In this document: piece by piece, positions 1 through 13,437 of the stretch | How positions within the stretch are numbered: the first letter of the stretch is position 1 | Layout: the number at the start of each line of letters is the position of its first letter | NCBI RefSeq assembly: GCF_009914755.1 | Contig: NC_060933.1 | Direction: 5' to 3' (one strand) | DNA: 64,000 bases | Origin: the human T2T-CHM13v2.0 reference genome, Homo sapiens | Translations under genes and position numbers: made by a program | Notes under the pieces: model-generated | What the model saw: the letters and a program-made list of their open reading frames with translations, nothing else | What the model was told of the DNA's origin: nothing | The model's database searches: none

Positions 1-906
1 GCACAGGATTGGTCCTAGAGTTTATTCTTTTCTAAGTTACAATGAATGGCCTCTCATTGGTCAAGAGGGACAATGGGCTGAAAGAGAAGGGAAAGCAGTG
101 TGCACTCTAAGATGCATGGATACAAAAATAATACTATTTTCATTTCAATTGTGTAGGGACACAAAATGGGGGAAACATGTTGTTTCTGCTTCTGCAAGGA
201 ACCAGACTGCCATCTCTAATGCATGCATCACAGGTACCCAGTAGGGGCAGTCAAACAGCAAAAGCTACACAATGATGGGCCACGGGAGCAAGGGTAAGAT
301 ATTAACATTTAACTGGTTTTCAGGAGCATTGTGGGGCTTGGCCATAGACCATACCAGAAAGGACTAAAAAGTAAAGTAAGAGTATGACAGGTAGACCTGC
401 TGATGGACTAGATTGGTATATGAGACTATTCTGGAACCTTCCAGGAATAATTACAAGACTACTTCAGGGGACTCAAGGACAAACAAACAACAAAACAGAG
501 TGAAAGCTGTAAAACAGAATTTATTATGCTAATATGGTTCCATTTTTACAGCTTTCTTAAGTCACTTAGAAGATACTTAGGTTATACTCAGGAGGTAGAG
601 GTTCAAACAAATGACTTGAGAGAAGAAATGCCTTTTTAGTTCACCAAAGTAACGCCAGTCAGTGAATCAAGGGGCCTCCCCTGTTCATCTGCATTCCTGA
701 TTTTGGCTTAATTACACCCCAAATCTGAATTAACTTGACAATTTAACTCTCACCTCCCCATCCAGATGCTGGATTTACTGCCTTATATCAATCTAATGGG
801 TTTAAGTTTAGTTGTTTTGTTCAGTTAGGCAGAACTGTTTATGTTTTCAGAAATGAGGTCTTAGACCTATGGTTCTGTGCTTTAGGCATTTCCGGGTGAT
901 TGGATA

Positions 907-1320
907 TTGTGGTGGGTGCTGTGGAGGCCTACCCAGATCACCCCCTTCCTTTGAGACTGAGGCATTCGTTTTAACAGTTTCCAGGTTGCCTGCTGACAGC
1001 TCACAGGGGAATTGCCCTTTGCGGAAAGGAGCTCCCTGAGCAGCCTCACCCAAGGTTATGCTTCCTCTCTGGAAACAGCCCATGTTCAAAGACTGGCCAT
1101 TGTGGAGGCACAAAAGCCTTTCTGCCTTGTCCCAGGAGATCTATGAAGGGCTTCAGAACACTCCTTGGTATTGGTTGAGGTCTCAGTTGTGACTCTATGA
1201 CAGTTCATCTCCCTGTGCCCAATCCTTATTCCCTCACAGGTGTCGTTCCTGAAAGCATGCATTTCCCACATTCAAATCTCCATCAATGAGAGTGTTTCCC
1301 AGGGAACCTGAACTAGGAGA
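907..1320 (+). mobile_element. LTR16-family ERVL 5' LTR
   Basis: Begins tgtggtgggtgctgtgg and ends gtgtttcccagggaacctgaactaggaga (LTR16-type terminus ...gggaacccaacctaagaca). Directly followed by ERVL-like internal sequence. Confidence 0.75.
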
Positions 1321-3010
1321 GTTAATGTGAGGATTGGTCTATGGAGGCAGACTCTAAAATGAAACTTGGGAGATGGGTCACTTCCTAGCTATCAATGAGA
1401 ACTCATAGTCATAGGCGGAGTCCTGGAAGCCGTGGCATGCAGTAGTGGTGCAAATATTACAGCTTTCTCTAGTGGTAAACTGAGATGGAGCATGGGTATA
1501 AGGAAATGCACAGTGGACTCAATATCTCAGGCATTTGAGAAGTTCAAAGGCAATAGTAATGAAAAAGGACAATGGAATTGGATGGCTCTTGCTGGGTGCA
1601 ACGTATGCAGTGGAGAAAGACGATGAAAGACTGAGGTGATTAACCACCAATTTAAGGCAAAAGTCTGAAAATTTAGAGGACCTCCAGGGCAACATTTAAA
1701 AACCCTCTCCTGGTGCTGGAGAGTGGAAAAGATAAAGATCGTTCCTAGTATTTATTATAAGAGTAACAGAACTCCAGAGAATTTTGAATTCCAGGACCAG
1801 CAATGTTTCTGGGGAGATCCCATAAAGGTGAGGACCCTGGTAGAAAGAAGTGGAACCCTGAGGCTTTGGATGAGACATTTGGGTCAATGCATTTAAAAAT
1901 CTTGCAAGCCCAGTACCCCTGAACCCCCTAGGCCTGCAAAAGTAGCCTACTCCTCCCTATTAAGGTCTGACATTCCCACTTCAAGACCTGCCTCCACTTT
2001 CTCTCCTGACCACCAGACATTGAGTCTTGGTAAGAAACAAAAACACATGAATACCACAGTGTGGGAGATATTCCATATAAATATAAGAGTCCCCCCATCA
2101 GTGAAGTTTTGGGAGCTATGAAGTTGTCAAAGGCATGGTGGAAATTTCCCTTTATTATAAAGGATAAATTATTACATCTTAAATTTCCTGCTACTAATAA
2201 GAAAGTGCCATCCCTGGTAAGCCTTCTCTGGTTCTGGAGGCAGAGTGCTTTTTACATTTAGCAATATGGCTTTGATTCATATACTGGGTGACATAAAAAG
2301 CTGCCAGTTTTGAGTAGGGTCCAGAGCAGGGAAGGCTTTGCAGCAGTCCATGCTGTGGTGCAAGCAGCCCTGCTTCTTAAGCCAGAGGACTTGGCAAATC
2401 CTAGGGAATTGGAAATATTTATGGTGGAAAAAGAAGCTGTGTGGAGTTTATGACAAATCTCAGTGGGAAAATCATAACATAGACAGCTAGAGTTCTGGCA
2501 CGAGGCCATGCCATATGCAGCAGAGAATTATACATAATTCAAAAAAACAGCTCTTGATGTAAAATAGGACTCTCATAAAAATGGAACATCTAACCACAGG
2601 ATGTCAAATGAAAAAGTGGCTAAAATTGTTGATCATGAGCTGGGTTTTATCAGACCCACAAATTCATAGTATTAGGAATGTCCAGCAGCAATCCTTTGTA
2701 AACCAATATTGGTATGTCTGGTGCTGGGTAGGAACAGGGCTGGAGAGCACAAGTAAGCCACGTAAAGAGGTGGACCATAATTCCATGTAATTGACCAGTT
2801 TTGTTATGACTGCCTGTCAGCTCACACCTGTGACCACATTTGGAGACGAATTCTTACATTTAGTTGGTGGAGGAGAAAAGTGGTCAAGCTTGGTTCTTAA
2901 ATGGTGGGTGGGCAGGCTGATGCATGATAGTCCCACTCAGAGGTGGCTCTGAAAGACAATGATGAGAAAATCATCATTCTCTCTCCCACTGAGCAAAGCT
3001 TTGGGAGATT
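1321..3010 (+). mobile_element. HERV16/ERVL-type internal region with decayed gag and pol remnants, no 3' LTR
   Basis: ORF 2061-2261 (KDKLLHLKFPATNKK..LLWFWRQ) and ORF 2581-2790 (EHLTTGCQ..IMSWVLSDP..QQQS..W) resemble the ERVL Pol RT-thumb/connection region (KDKLLHLAPPTTKK..LFGFWRQ; IMNWVLSDP..QQHSIIKWKWY). Many stops and frameshifts. Confidence 0.85.
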
Positions 3011-3659
3011 GACTGGATTATCCAATTGGTATTTACTACTTAATCAATTTCTACTTTATTATTATTTCTTTATGCTTGCTTACTTTTGGTTTAATTGCTC
3101 ATCTTTTCTAGTTTCTTGAGAGGGAAGCTTACATCATTGATTTGAGAACTCTTTGTTTTCTAATATAAGCATTTAATGCTATGAATGTCCCTTTAAGTGC
3201 TGATTTAGCTGCATCCTACAAATTTTGGTATATTATGGTTTTTATTTTCATTCCCTTCAGAGTCCTTTTAAATTTCCCTTTTGATTTCTTTTTTAATCCA
3301 TGACTGACTTAGAAGTATGTTAGTTAGTTTCCACATATTTTGGGTTTTTTCAGAGGTTTCTCTGGTAGTGATTTCTAGGTTAACTTCACTGTAAACAGAT
3401 AATATACATAGCATTATTTCAAATTTCTTCAATTTATTGAGGCATGTCTCTTTGATGAATGTTCTATATGTATTCTGTTGTTAATGGAATGTTCAATAAA
3501 TAGTGATTAGGTCAAGTTGTTTTAGAGTTTTTCAAGTGTTCTAAACTGATTTTATGTCTCCTTATTCTATCAGTTATAAAGAAATATTGAAATAGCAAAG
3601 TATAATTGTGAATTTGTCTATATCACCTTTAAATTCTCAGATTTTGCTTCATGTATTTT

Positions 3660-4659
3660 TTTAAATTTTATCTTAAGTTCTAGGATACATGTGCTGAACG
3701 TGCAGTTTTGTTACATAGGTATACATGTGCCATGGTGGTTTGCTCCACCTGTCAACCCATCATCTAGGTTTTAATCCCCGCATGCATTAGGTATTTGTCC
3801 TAATGCTCTCCCTCTCCTTTTCCCCCACTTCCTGACAGGTCCCAGTGTATGATGTTCCCCTCCGTGTCCATGTGTTCTCATTGTTCAACTCCCACTTATG
3901 AGTGAGAACATGCAGTGTCTGGTTTTCTGTTCCTGTGTTAGTTTGCTGAGGATGATGGTTTCCAGCTTCATCCAGGTCCCTGCAAAGGACATGAACTCAT
4001 TCTTTTTTATGGCTGCACAGTATTCCAGGGTGTATATGTGCCATATTTTCTTTATCCAATCTATCTAATTAAAGAGCTTCTGCTCAGCAAAAGAAACTAT
4101 CATCAGAGTGAACAGGCAACCTACAGAATGGGAGAAAATATTTGCAATCTATCCATCTGACAAAGGTCTAATATTCAGAATCTACAGGGAGCTTAAACAA
4201 ATTTACAAGAAAAAAACAACCCCACCAAAAAGTGGGCAAAGTTTATGAACAGACAGTTCTCAAAAGAAGACATTTATGTGGCCAAGAAACATATGAATAA
4301 AATCTCATCATCACTGGTCATTAAAGAAATGCAAATCAAAACCACAATGAAATACAATCTCATGCCACTTAGAATGACAATCATTAAAAAGTCTGGAAAC
4401 AACAGATGCTGGTGAGAATGTGGAGAAATGGAAATGCTTTTACACTGTTGGTAGGAGTGTAAATTAGTTCAACCATTGTGGAAAACAGTGTGGCGATTCC
4501 TCAAGGATCTAGAACCAGAAATACCATTTGACCCAGCAATCCCACTACTGGGTATATTACTCAAAGGATTATAAATCATTCTACTATAAAGAGGCATGCA
4601 CATGTATGTTTATTGCAGCACTATTTACAATAGCAAAGACTTGGAACCAACCCAAATGT
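3660..4659 (-). mobile_element. 5'-truncated, 5'-inverted L1PA (L1PA7/8-like)
   Basis: 3660-4065 is an antisense L1PA 3' end; 4063-4659 is sense ORF2. TSD ttcatgtatttt (3648-3659) / ttcatgtagttt (4660-4671). Confidence 0.92.
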
Positions 4660-5343
4660 TTCATGTAGTTTGAAAATTTTTAATTCCTCTTGATAAATTT
4701 ATCCTTTTGTAATTATGCAATATTCTTCTTATATCTTATACTATTCCTTTCCCTGTAGTCTACCTTGTCTGATGTTATTATAGCCACTCCAAATTTCTTT
4801 TGATTACTATTAACATGGAATATCTTTTACTATTCTTTTATTTTGAACTTACTTATGTCATCATATGTCTTCTAATGCAGGAGGTAGTTGGGTCTTGCTT
4901 TTTATCCAATCTGACAGTTTTTGACTACTAACTGAAATTTTAAAAATTTAAAATTTAATTTAATTATGGATATGGTTTGACATAAAGCTACAGTCTTGGT
5001 ATTTGTGCTCTATTCTCAACTGTTCTTTCATTTTATCTACTTTTCTAACTTATTTAAATTAGTTGAAATTTTTCTTTAATTATTCAATTTTATCTCCCCT
5101 CTTAGCTTATTAGTTATATCTCTTTGGGTTTTATTGTTTTTGTTATTTTTTCATTTGTTTTATTTTTAGCATGGATTGTTCTAGGGTTTAAAATATGTCT
5201 CTTTAATTTATGATGGCCTACCTGAAGACCACTTCACATATAATATCAGAAACCCAAAAACGTAGTTTCATCAACTACCCCATCGTTTGTGTTATTTTGG
5301 TTATACATTTTTTACATATTTTAAATTCAAAAATTTATTATTA

Positions 5344-6003
<660 letters not shown>

Positions 6004-6585
6004 TTACCCAGTTGTTACCATTTTGGCATTCTTCATTCCTTTATGGTGTGGTGTCAGTTTCTTTGTGGTGTCAGTTTCTTCTGCCTAAAGAACTATCATT
6101 AACATTTTTTGTAGTGTAGACATAATGGTGATGAATTCTTTCAGATGTGTCTTAAGAAAATATTTGATTTGTTTTTAAAGTAATCAAAAATGTTTTACTC
6201 AGTAAAAATATCTTCAAACTTGAGGGCATTGCCACTGCTTAAGTTAATGCTTGTAGTTGGCAATATGTACACAAATTATTTGGAATTCTTCTGTACATGG
6301 GATTTATCTATTCTACCTAATTTATTTAGTAAACCATGTGTTTATATCAGTATAGATTTGTGGATATTTAATTTATGCTTTGGGTTAGAGTCTAAAACTA
6401 CATTACTCATGTTATTACTCAAATCATTCTAGCTCTGAGCTTTTGGAGCCCTTTCAGGGTGATTCCTATGTTCCTTTGTCATAGACCCATAATTTTATTT
6501 TTAAAAATAGTTATGATGGTTCTCAGCATGATTTTTTAATTATATATTCTTCTTGGGGTCCATTGAGATTCTTGGGTCTGTGGGT

Positions 6586-7057
6586 ATATTAGTTTTCCTA
6601 GGGCCACTATAACAAATTGCCACAATCTATGTGGCTTAAAATGACAAATATTTATTCTCTCACACTTATAGAACACAGAAGTCTGAAATCAAGATTTTGG
6701 CAGGGCCATGCTCCCTCTGAAGGGTCTAGGGAAGACTCCTTCCTTGTCTCTTCTTGGTTCTGGTGGTTGCTAGTAATTTTTAGTGTTCCTTGGCTTGTAG
6801 ATACCTTACTCCAATATCTGTTTATGTCTTCACATGACCTCTTCACATATTTCTGTGCACAAATTTTCCTGTTTTTACAAGGACACAAGTCACTAGATTA
6901 GGGTACATCTTAGTTTAGCATTAACTCTTCTTAACTTGATTACATCTACAAAAACCCTATTTCGAGCTAAGGTCACTGTCACAGGTTCTGGATGGACATG
7001 AATTTGGTGTGTGTGTTTCTTGAGTTTGGGAGGGAGACACACTATTCAACCCAGTAC
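6586..7057 (-). mobile_element. MLT1C-like MaLR solo LTR
   Basis: tattagttttcctagggccactataacaaattgccac...gcagggccatgctccctctgaagg...actattcaacccagtaca. Confidence 0.85.
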
Positions 7058-7859
7058 AGGAAATTTTATAGTTTTCACCAAATTTGGAAAATGTTAGTGA
7101 TTTATTTTATTTTATTAGTGTCTTTTTCTGCACATTACCCTTCTAGGACACCAATTACACAAATGTTAGACTATTTGATATTCTCTCAGGACATGGATAC
7201 TCTGATCTTTATTTTTATTTTTTCTCTCTGCACTTTATTTATTTTTATATTTTTAAGTTCATTGATTATTTATTTTACAGTGTCAAATCTACTTTTAATA
7301 TCATCTAAAAAAATCTACCATTTCTTTTCTCTTGATTCTTATATATTCATCTATTTTCTTAAACACATTGGATATACTTAGCCTGGCTGTCTCAATGTCT
7401 CTGTCTCCTAATTTTATCAGCTCTGATCTTTTAAAATCTGCTTTTATTAATTTTTTCTTGGTTTTGGATAAATTTTCCTACTTTGCAAAACTAATTATAC
7501 TTGATTGGATACCAAGCATTGTGAAATTTTTATTGCTGTTTGCTGAATTTGGTTGTTTTTCTTTAAATCATGTTGGATTTTGTTCTGGCATAAAGTCAAG
7601 TTAGTTGGGATTAGTTGCATTCTTTCAAGTCTTTGTTTTGAACTTTGTTAGGGCAGGTCAGAGCAGCTTTTGGTTTAGAGTCAATGTAGCCCCAGTACTA
7701 AGGCAATATTCTTTTGAAGACTGTTTGATGCCTATATATGATAAGGCCTTTCATTATGACTAAAGTGACACAAACTATTCCCCACTGTGTGAACTTCCTA
7801 AGTTTTTTCTCAAACTACTTATCACCCAACATTTTTGTATTTCTTATCCTTGACTTTTT

Positions 7860-8055
7860 GTCTTTAGCAATTATTACTATCTCATAAATGACATACTTAT
7901 CTAAACTTTATTGTTTTTCCCCACAGAAACTCTGTAAGGGGAGATAATTTTGTCTGTGTTATTTATTCATTGCTCTATAACTAGATCCCAGAATAAAGCT
8001 CGACTCATTATAGACACTTGATAAATATTTTCTGTATAAATGAATTATTGAATAA
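7860..8055 (+). mobile_element. L2 3' end fragment
   Basis: tttgtctgtgtt...tagacacttgataaatattt...aatgaat L2-type tail. Confidence 0.6.
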
Positions 8056-8769
8056 ATTATGTCACAATTAGATCTTTCTTATTTGTCATTTCCTCAAATG
8101 TCTACTATCTAATTGAATACATTATCAATGAAAAATAATGGTAATAATATTGTCTGTGGGGCTTATTTTAAGCATGATTATCCCTTCTCAAAACTTTTGG
8201 TTTGCATCCTCGTATGTTGTAGATTGTACACTACACAAAACTATGTGATGACATGTATGTTTGTGGTCATCTTAGATTAATGTATTCATTCTACTAATTT
8301 TCCAACAGATGGCAGTAAATGTCTTGGGGACTAATATACCAATGCTTAATAGTGGCAGGGCTGTCACCAGTGAGGAAACATTTATATTTTATAAGGCCTT
8401 CAATCTTCTTTTTTCATATTGGTGGGTTTCTGCATATTTAAAAAATTGTTATCTCTTATTCTTGGTTCCTTGAGTAAGCACTTGGCTGAAGAAATGCTGA
8501 ACCAGGGTGAAGAATGTCCATTGGTACTTTTGCTTTTTGATGCAGTGGCTGGAAAAAAAAAAACACTTGATTATAGTGATTCAGTAACAGAAGAGCTCCA
8601 GGCTACTAAAGGGCAGTATTTCTCAAAGACTGGTGGCATATGCTCACTATCTTCTTCACTGTGCCTCCTCCTCTGCAGGGATGCTTTGCACTGACAGTGC
8701 TTGGAAATTATGAACATTTGTTGAATCAGTGCACCATGAGCCTGGGACAGAGTTTAGTTCCTCTGGTTG

Positions 8770-9000
8770 GGGGATGTTTAGTAAAAAGGCCATGGACTTG
8801 GAAGCCAGAAAAACCTAGTTTTAAATTGTGGGTATAACATCTACCAGCTGAGTAAAAGTCCCAGTCAATTTATTCATTGTCTCCAAGGCTCAGTTTCTTC
8901 ATCTGATAGATGAAGATAAGTGCCTCACAGAATTGTTAAGACATCTAAATGAAGTAACATAGAGAATACAAAGTTCTGGTAGATGCAAAATAAATACTAT
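8770..9000 (+). mobile_element. MIR-family SINE
   Basis: Core ctcagtttcttcatctg...gcctcacagaattgtt. Confidence 0.7.
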
Positions 9001-9137
9001 TTCCCATTCACATTTCAATGTAAGTATACATAATTTAAGTCAGCCATCAAAAATTCTATAAAGTCACGGAAGTATAGTTCAAAAAACTGGCCCCATATTT
9101 TTAGTCCAACTCAACATCTGTGGTGCTTTAATTTCTT

Positions 9138-9444
9138 TTTATATTGTGTAATTACTCTCTCATAGGTGAGGCCCATATCTTTCTTTTGAGATGGAGTCTC
9201 GCTCTGTACCCCAGGCTGGAGTGCAGTGGTGCAATCTCAACTCACTGCAACCTCCACATCCTCTCACGTAGCTGGGATTATAGGCATCCGCCACCACGCC
9301 TGGCTAATTTTTCTGTTTTTATTTTAGTAGAGACAGGTTTTCACCATGTTGGCCAGGCTAGTCTTGAACTCCTGACCTCAAGTGATTTGCCTGCCTCGGC
9401 CTCCAAAAGTGCTGGAATTGCAGATGTGAGCCACTGCACCCGGG
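9138..9444 (-). mobile_element. AluS with ~30-bp internal deletion and foreign 38-bp insert in its tail
   Basis: Antisense Alu (gagatggagtctcgctctg...gtgagccactgcacccgg) with 13-bp TSD gctttaatttctt at 9125-9137 and 9445-9457. Confidence 0.93.
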
Positions 9445-11974
9445 GCTTTAATTTCTTCTACAGCATTCACATCAACTTGTCAACCAGTCTCATGTTAAGC
9501 ATTCCAGTAACAGGGATCCCTACACATATTTGCATGAAGTTATTAGGATCCATTTGAGTGGATCTCTTTACCACGTAGAACATTTGTACTCCCTTAGCTT
9601 TCCAATGTGACATAATATTAGGCCTTGTCACCATGATGGTGGACCTCTCCACTATGTTTTTGGGCTTCCATCATCATTTCTGTATTTGCACTGCTATCTT
9701 GTTATTAGCTTACTGTCCAGAAGCCCCCTTTTTCTTTACTTGCATGCCAGCTTAGTACCATCCCATTCTACAGACATACTTCTTCTGTTCCCTGATCTGT
9801 ATTCCTTTTCATTCCCTTGACTTCTGAGATATCAGTATTGCCACATTTATAAATGTTTGCATTTTGACAATATTCAATTTCTTACATAAGGGTTGAGTTA
9901 TCAAAGAATTTTAGGGACAGTCAGTAAGGGAGGACCTACCATAAGGATACTTCTTGGCAGCTACATCTTGACATGGACCTCTATCGGTTCCATTTTAATA
10001 ACCCGTCCCTGGCTAATAACTGTTTCCATGGGTATGTCCGTGTGCTTGTGTTGGGGCATGAGCAGACAAGAGGGAGGCAGAGATGTGCACTAAGGAAAGA
10101 GTATTAGGCACCATGATTACTTCTGATTAAAGAGGAGATTTTAAATAGGTCTGTCTCAGGATGTTACTAAAACAGGAAGCCAATGAATATACCTTTATCC
10201 TAAAAGCCTATAAACAGGCATTAGCATTAATATAACTTCCTAACTTGATCTAGTGATTGTCATCAAAATTCCTTCTAAGGATCAAACTAATATAATATGG
10301 GTTAAATAGCATTGACCTTTAATACATTTTAATCCGATTGAGTTCCCTCATTCTCACTTTTGACTTTATATTTTTAAATGACATTAAAGGTGTATATACG
10401 TAATAGTATTAAATGTTTTTTTTAAAAAAATCAAAGGACAGCTATAATAAAATGGTGCCAGAAGTTAAGAATGAAAAGGAAAAGGTACTTGATATCTTAA
10501 AAGCAAGTGGCAATACACGACAAAGGGATGCAGAGGTTACAGTAGTCTGCATCTTTAAAAACAAGTTAGGCTATGAATGGACAGCACAGACTGAAAGAGT
10601 CAGTTGCGGTGACCGTGTGCATTCACATTGATTTACCCACCTAAACACAGGCTTTAGAAGGTGGAGTTGACTGATGCTCAGGTGCTGTCTACACTGGGTC
10701 CAAATCCGATGACGAGGATCTACATTCCGCTGTATGCAAGGCTGATCACGACTTAGCTTTTTGCTCTGTTTCAGCAGATTTTCATCCCAGACCTCCAAGC
10801 ATCTTGGAAACATTGCTTCATTCATCTCTATAACATCCTATTTGGGGACTTAAGTTACAAATATTATGGGCCCTGTAATTCAGCTTTCTCAAGCTAAATA
10901 CAGAGAGGTTAAATAGGTCAGAAATTGGTAATAGAGATCAAGTTTGTACTGGAAGGGACTCAGCAATACTTCCCAGGATACCTCAGCAGTGTCACTCCAA
11001 AATGCTTTCAGGGATTTCTGTATGTTATTCCCCAGGGAAGTGAATTCAAAAGCACTAAAAAGAAGCTTCTATGAGGCAATTGTACAGACCAGGTTCTTTC
11101 TCTTGAGGACAGATACTATGCTGTTACTTTAGATCCTTTTCTTACATTTTCAAAGGGGCAGAATTAATGACTGAATTAGTCTAACACTGGATATGCCTCA
11201 CATTTAAAGTCACAGACACCACCTTTTTCTACAGAAACCCAGAGTGCAGAAATGCTTCTTGAAGACGTTTATTACAAAGCAAGAAAACTCTTGGGCTTTC
11301 TAAAGCCACAAGCTAGATTTAGTTTCTTTTCCTTTAAAGAGGAAACTTGAGAGGCAACATTAAGAATACCTTCACAATCAGTCCTTTCTGTGGACAAGTG
11401 GGCTTGAGAAACTTCAAAATGTTGTCCTCGTTTTGTGGTTATCTTCATTTCCAAGTAATTTCTAGAGCTTGGTATAAAGGGGTTTGAGACATTTTTGTGG
11501 TTTCTCACACTTTAACTTTCATACTAACTGGCAGTTCAATAGGTTCATAAGAAGGGAAGGGAAGGGAATGGAAAGGAAATTTGGAATTGTGTAGTTACTC
11601 TCTCATAGGTGAGGCCCATATCTCTGATTGTGGCCACATTTTCTTCACAGGATAGTAGTATATTAAAGTTTTTTAAATCTGTTTTCACAGGTGAAAAGAC
11701 GGAAGAGAAGATTAGAAATTAGCCTAAGATTTCTGATCTACTAATTTACAATGTAGGTGACACTGTGTTCCAAGTGTTTTGGCTTTTGGTGTAAGCCAAA
11801 TTTGAGATGTATCTTTACAGCCACAAGTTTTCTGGATAATACATAGATAATCATAAGCCTCTTTCCAAATATGGAAAACATTTTATTCTCTGAGCCACTC
11901 AAAAATATATATTCTCTTCGAACACATTGCTACCTTGAATGTTCATAACATTATACATATAAAAAATTAACAAT

Positions 11975-12230
11975 AACAAGTACATTAATATTTATTAAGC
12001 AACTTACTGCCTCACTGTACAAAGTATATACGTAGCTATGTATATGTACACACACGTATACATACACACATATACACATAGAATCTTTTTAAATAATTCT
12101 AACAACTCTCTGATGTAATTACTGTTATTCTCATTTTATCTACAAGAAAAAGGAGAGTCTATGAAACTCATGATCTTATATACAGCATAATACAATAATG
12201 ACAGAATTGCCTGACATCAAAGCATGAGGT
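11975..12230 (-). mobile_element. MIR fragment containing a TA/CA-rich microsatellite
   Basis: atatttattaagcaacttact...tgttattctcattttat antisense MIR motifs. Confidence 0.6.
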
Positions 12231-12669
12231 TGAATTTAAAACAAAAAGAAAAACAGATGCAAGTTGTTATCTGTACTCCTCCATATGATTAATCTGGAGA
12301 GAGAAAAGTACTAGGGAAGAAAAATCATTATTTATTGTATTGTCAGAATAATCTGTATGGTGGGCTAGAGCCATTAGACTGAATTTTACAATGAAGACAC
12401 TGAGCTTCACAAGATTGCAAATTGTTGACTGTGAATTGTTTAATATAAATCAGGTATTAAATAGCAGAGTCAGGACTGTGTGAATCTACTCACAATGGGC
12501 TTTTCTTTATTGCTTAAAATCCACCCAAAGACAAAACCTTGTCATTCTCACCATAGTCACTAAAATCAGGGTGGAATTTTAGGCCACAGTCACTAAAATC
12601 AGGGTAGAATGGCACAGGACTGTGGCATTTTTACCTCAACAGAAAGATGGTATAAAACTATCAACTTTG

Positions 12670-12969
<300 letters not shown>

Positions 12970-13343
12970 GTTTGATGTATGTAAGTTGTGTAAACAAATA
13001 TCCGTGGAAAACTAAGCAATAGAATAATAGTTGATGAGTCAGAAGTGTCAAACATGTAAATAGCAACATTTACTTTGTACAGAGTTCTAGAAACATTTTC
13101 TACATCCTCAGTCCTCAGGGCTTTGGAAATTTGGGGTTTAAATGACTTCTTGAGCCATAATGTGACTACTGTATTCCTCCAGGTTCCATTATAAATTTGG
13201 CGTGAGTTTCACATGGCTCTGGAAACTCTACACTCCCTAGATAGGCTAGTTTTCTCCCCTGAGTCCTCTCACCTGTAGATGGACCAGTAGAGCTCCTGGC
13301 AATCTCTGTCTGTATTAGGTAAGTAGGCAGGTGAGTAGGTAAG

Positions 13344-13399
<56 letters not shown>

Positions 13400-13437
13400 G
13401 AGTAGGTAAGTAGATAGATAGATAGATAGATGATAGA
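13344..13437. repeat. Compound (TAGA)13...(TAGA)5 tetranucleotide STR
   Basis: Perfect (TAGA)13 at 13344-13395, spacer taatgagtaggtaag, (TAGA)5 at 13411-13430. Confidence 0.97.

Noticed and set aside
6992-7604. Hydrophobic, membrane-protein-like ORFs
   Set aside because: Artefact of T-rich antisense L1M sequence.
10580-10830. Slightly CpG-enriched stretch, possible exon or pseudogene fragment
   Set aside because: No convincing reading frame or homology, and far too few CpGs for an island.
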